Source: Candidatus Falkowbacteria bacterium (GTDB lineage: Bacteria > Patescibacteriota > Patescibacteriia > UBA11705 > JABHMO01). Taken from it: a DNA stretch of 64,000 nucleotides. Location: positions 128,446 to 192,445 of the forward strand of contig JABHAL010000004.1 of the NCBI GenBank assembly GCA_018674305.1, given 5' to 3'. Of the stretch, positions 62,092 to 64,000 are shown in pieces. Made by a program: the position numbers and the translations under genes. The notes beneath the pieces are model-generated. The model was not told where the DNA came from and made no database searches. It saw only the letters and a list, made by a program, of their open reading frames with translations. The first letter of the stretch is position 1. The number at the start of each line of letters is the position of its first letter.

Positions 62092-62460
62092 TTATAGAGA
62101 TTTTAATTTTGTTTTGCAAGAAATACAAGCTCCGGAAGTTGGTCTCGCCATAAGTCGTTTAAAGTTGATTTCGTTTTGACAATATTTGCAAGTTCCATAA
62201 TCACCACCATTAACTCTGGCCAATGATTTATTTACATCACGCAGTGATTTTTCCAGAGTTTTTTCCAATGTTAAATTAAGTCCAAACTTCGCTACTTCTG
62301 AAGTGTTATCAGTCTCATCATCGCCAATATCTTCAAATTGAGTTTCGTAATCTTCTGGATTATTGGGGTTTTGTTTAGCAAATTTAGATAATTCCGATTC
62401 GAGATTAGCTTTCTGTTCAAGCAGGTTTTGTTTGATTTGTTCTAGTTCTTTTTTCTTCAT
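62092..62460 (-). CDS. DksA/TraR-family C4 zinc-finger protein
   Basis: N-terminal coiled coil; C-terminal CKYCQNEI...CISCK. Confidence 0.7.
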   Translation of the reverse strand: MKKKELEQIKQNLLEQKANLESELSKFAKQNPNNPEDYETQFEDIGDDETDNTSEVAKFGLNLTLEKTLEKSLRDVNKSLARVNGGDYGTCKYCQNEINFKRLMARPTSGACISCKTKLKSL

Positions 62461-62575
62461 ATGATTTTAATTGATTTATAAAGGAAGTATAACTCATTTC
62501 CGAGCTAATTACAAGGGGTAATAAGGCTTTTTCATTATTGAATATAATTTATATTTTGTCAATCGCTTAATTCAC

Positions 62576-62821
62576 TTGAATGATGTATTTGAGTATGATA
62601 AGCTAGATTCGTTAGGAGGTGGGCGTATGGTGAAGGACCAAGTGGAAGAGAAAATTTCGGAATTCAAAGAAGGTAGTGAGCTACTTTTCTTTGAGAAGTA
62701 TGTGAGGCCACTAAGTCGAAGCGAGCAATATAGTTTAATTAAAGCACGCGCTGTACAAAATGCCCAAAAAAGATTCACAAGGTTTAGCTTCTGGAGAGTA
62801 TTTAGCAGAAAGTCAAGATAA
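62576..62821 (+). CDS. Hypothetical protein (81 aa)
   Basis: ORF with RBS-like GGAGGTGGG upstream; no family recognised. Confidence 0.3.
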   Translation: MNDVFEYDKLDSLGGGRMVKDQVEEKISEFKEGSELLFFEKYVRPLSRSEQYSLIKARAVQNAQKRFTRFSFWRVFSRKSR

Positions 62822-62943
62822 ACTGCTCTGTCATATTAGAGCAGTTTTTTTATTTGGTGTTGACAGACATCAAATATTTAGTTAAGGTAAGCTATTGACC
62901 TAAGGCATTAGCCAAGGTTGGTAATTATGATAAGGAGGGAAAA

Positions 62944-63672
62944 ATGATCATTACTGGTGAATATTGGATCCGAACTTTACGGGAAAATGAGTGTGAAATC
63001 CTAAATCAAAGTTTTGATGTCATGATGCTGGAAGAGGTTTTGGGCGAAATTGTAGCAGATCCTGAGCAAAAGAAATTGAGTGTGAGTAAAGTCTTTTCTG
63101 CAGTATATACTATGGTTGAGCGGAAAAAGTGTCGTTTTTTTTCTTTAACTAAATCCGGTACCATGGTTTTGAGCCCTGTTCAGCTCAATTATCAATCTGT
63201 TGCTTCTTATTTAGTTATGACAGATCACGATGCTGTTTTTTTGCAGCAGATTATGATCAGGGTTTTGCAGTTAGAAGAAGCAAAATGTAGGAACGGGCTG
63301 GACCTTCTTCAAAGGATGGTTGCTCGAATGCCTGATCTCCAAGAAGAAGGAAAGGAAGAGCCAGCGCAAGCAGAATCACAGACCGATTTGTCAGAAGGAG
63401 CGTTTGCTCTATTAGCTCAGTATGTTCGACCAATTGAAGAGTTGGAGCTTTCTCAGCGAACTTACAATTGTTTGAGGAATGGTAATATTCGTTACGTAGG
63501 CGATTTAGTTACTAAAAACGATAGGGATTTATTGAAAATCAAGAATTTAGGCCGGGGGAGTCTCGGGGAATGCAAAAATGTTTTGGTACCTTTGGGGCTT
63601 TCCTTGGAAACTGTGATGTCTGTTGAAGTGCAACAGGCGTTTGAAAAGGCACTTCAACCACCTTCAATATAA
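62944..63672 (+). CDS. Protein with C-terminal RNA polymerase alpha-subunit CTD-like (HhH) domain, N-terminal domain unknown
   Basis: IEELELSQRTYNCLRNGNIRYVGDLVTKNDRDLLKIKNLGRGSLGECKNVLVPLGLSL versus E. coli alpha-CTD [55 protein letters not shown]. Confidence 0.5.
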   Translation: MIITGEYWIRTLRENECEILNQSFDVMMLEEVLGEIVADPEQKKLSVSKVFSAVYTMVERKKCRFFSLTKSGTMVLSPVQLNYQSVASYLVMTDHDAVFLQQIMIRVLQLEEAKCRNGLDLLQRMVARMPDLQEEGKEEPAQAESQTDLSEGAFALLAQYVRPIEELELSQRTYNCLRNGNIRYVGDLVTKNDRDLLKIKNLGRGSLGECKNVLVPLGLSLETVMSVEVQQAFEKALQPPSI

Positions 63673-63675
63673 AAA

Positions 63676-63714
63676 CCAAAACCGCCTCTCGACAAAGCTC
63701 GAGGCGGTTTTTTA
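63676..63714. terminator. Bidirectional intrinsic terminator
   Basis: CCGCCTCGA-caaag-cTCGAGGCGG followed by TTTTTT; A-run upstream. Confidence 0.75.
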
Positions 63715-63754
63715 ATATGTGGAGTAAGCTTAATTTACTAATCAATTAGTTTGT

Positions 63755-64000
63755 TTATTTTTTCCAAAGTCCATGTAAATTGCAATACTCTCTCACTTCA
63801 AACTGCTCAGCTTGAATACAAAATTCAGCTTCAGGTTGATCACCTGGATTTAAGAATTGCCGGTAAGCTTTTCCGTCAGCTAAAACTTCAATCCATTCAA
63901 TATAATGATCAGCTTCCATTGGGTGAGGAACTTCTCCGATTTTGACTTTTAAACCGGTGTCAGTTTTTTCAACAACTGGAACATGTTTTTCTTCAGCTGC
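63755..64000 (-). CDS. Superoxide reductase (desulfoferrodoxin/neelaredoxin family), C-terminal part; the gene continues beyond the window end
   Basis: Minus-strand translation [85 protein letters not shown] and CNLHGLW are SOR hallmarks. Not in the ORF track. Confidence 0.8.
   Translation of the reverse strand, partial: AAEEKHVPVVEKTDTGLKVKIGEVPHPMEADHYIEWIEVLADGKAYRQFLNPGDQPEAEFCIQAEQFEVREYCNLHGLWKK

Noticed and set aside
63539-63945. ORF track entries 63539..63745 (-) and 63751..63945 (+)
   Set aside because: The first is antisense to the alpha-CTD-like gene. The second is antisense to the clearly recognisable superoxide reductase reading frame (EKHVP...CNLHGLW) on the minus strand.

Overview
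Low-GC (~33%), gene-dense bacterial segment that spans the chromosomal replication origin. The rpmH-rnpA-yidD <- | -> dnaA-dnaN arrangement sits at 37.1-40.3 kb, DnaA-box clusters flank dnaA, and gene orientation switches from mostly '-' (left) to mostly '+' (right) at this point. Gene content (many small secreted or membrane hypotheticals, archaeal-type PGI/PMI, TrmB regulator, superoxide reductase, peptidoglycan enzymes, little biosynthesis) resembles a Patescibacteria/CPR-like or other reduced Gram-positive-type genome; this is inference. Housekeeping genes identified: smc, class A PBP, ruvC, yebC, ruvB, rnc, nusB, lspA, comM/yifB, dnaA, dnaN, galU, deoxynucleoside kinase and eight tRNAs. 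Accessory content: (i) a copper-homeostasis cluster (csoR, HMA membrane protein, copA) at the left end; (ii) an operon of four tandem ATP-grasp (RimK-like) ligases, one fused to a retropepsin-like domain, behind a signal-peptide/PKD-like/7TM membrane protein, consistent with a predicted but uncharacterised peptide-ligase system; (iii) nine tandem divergent paralogs of a ~125-aa secreted two-helix protein with VirB2/TrbC-pilin-like topology, apparently co-transcribed with an orphan solute-binding protein and galU; (iv) an O-antigen-like glycan cluster (Wzx, GT4, Wzy/ligase-like); (v) several compositionally GC-rich (45-58%) islands carrying membrane-stress genes (PspA-NfeD-flotillin; a second flotillin; a VIT+vWA protein; a Nudix-like cassette); (vi) tRNA loci decorated with conserved 3'-trailer hairpins and upstream degenerate tRNA 5'-half copies interrupted by GC-rich hairpins; (vii) a four-helix-bundle (rRNA-IVS-type) gene cassette flanked by (GAAA)n inverted repeats inserted between yebC and ruvC. 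No CRISPR array, rRNA or recognisable IS/transposase was found. All calls are from reading the sequence and translated ORFs by eye; no searches were run.
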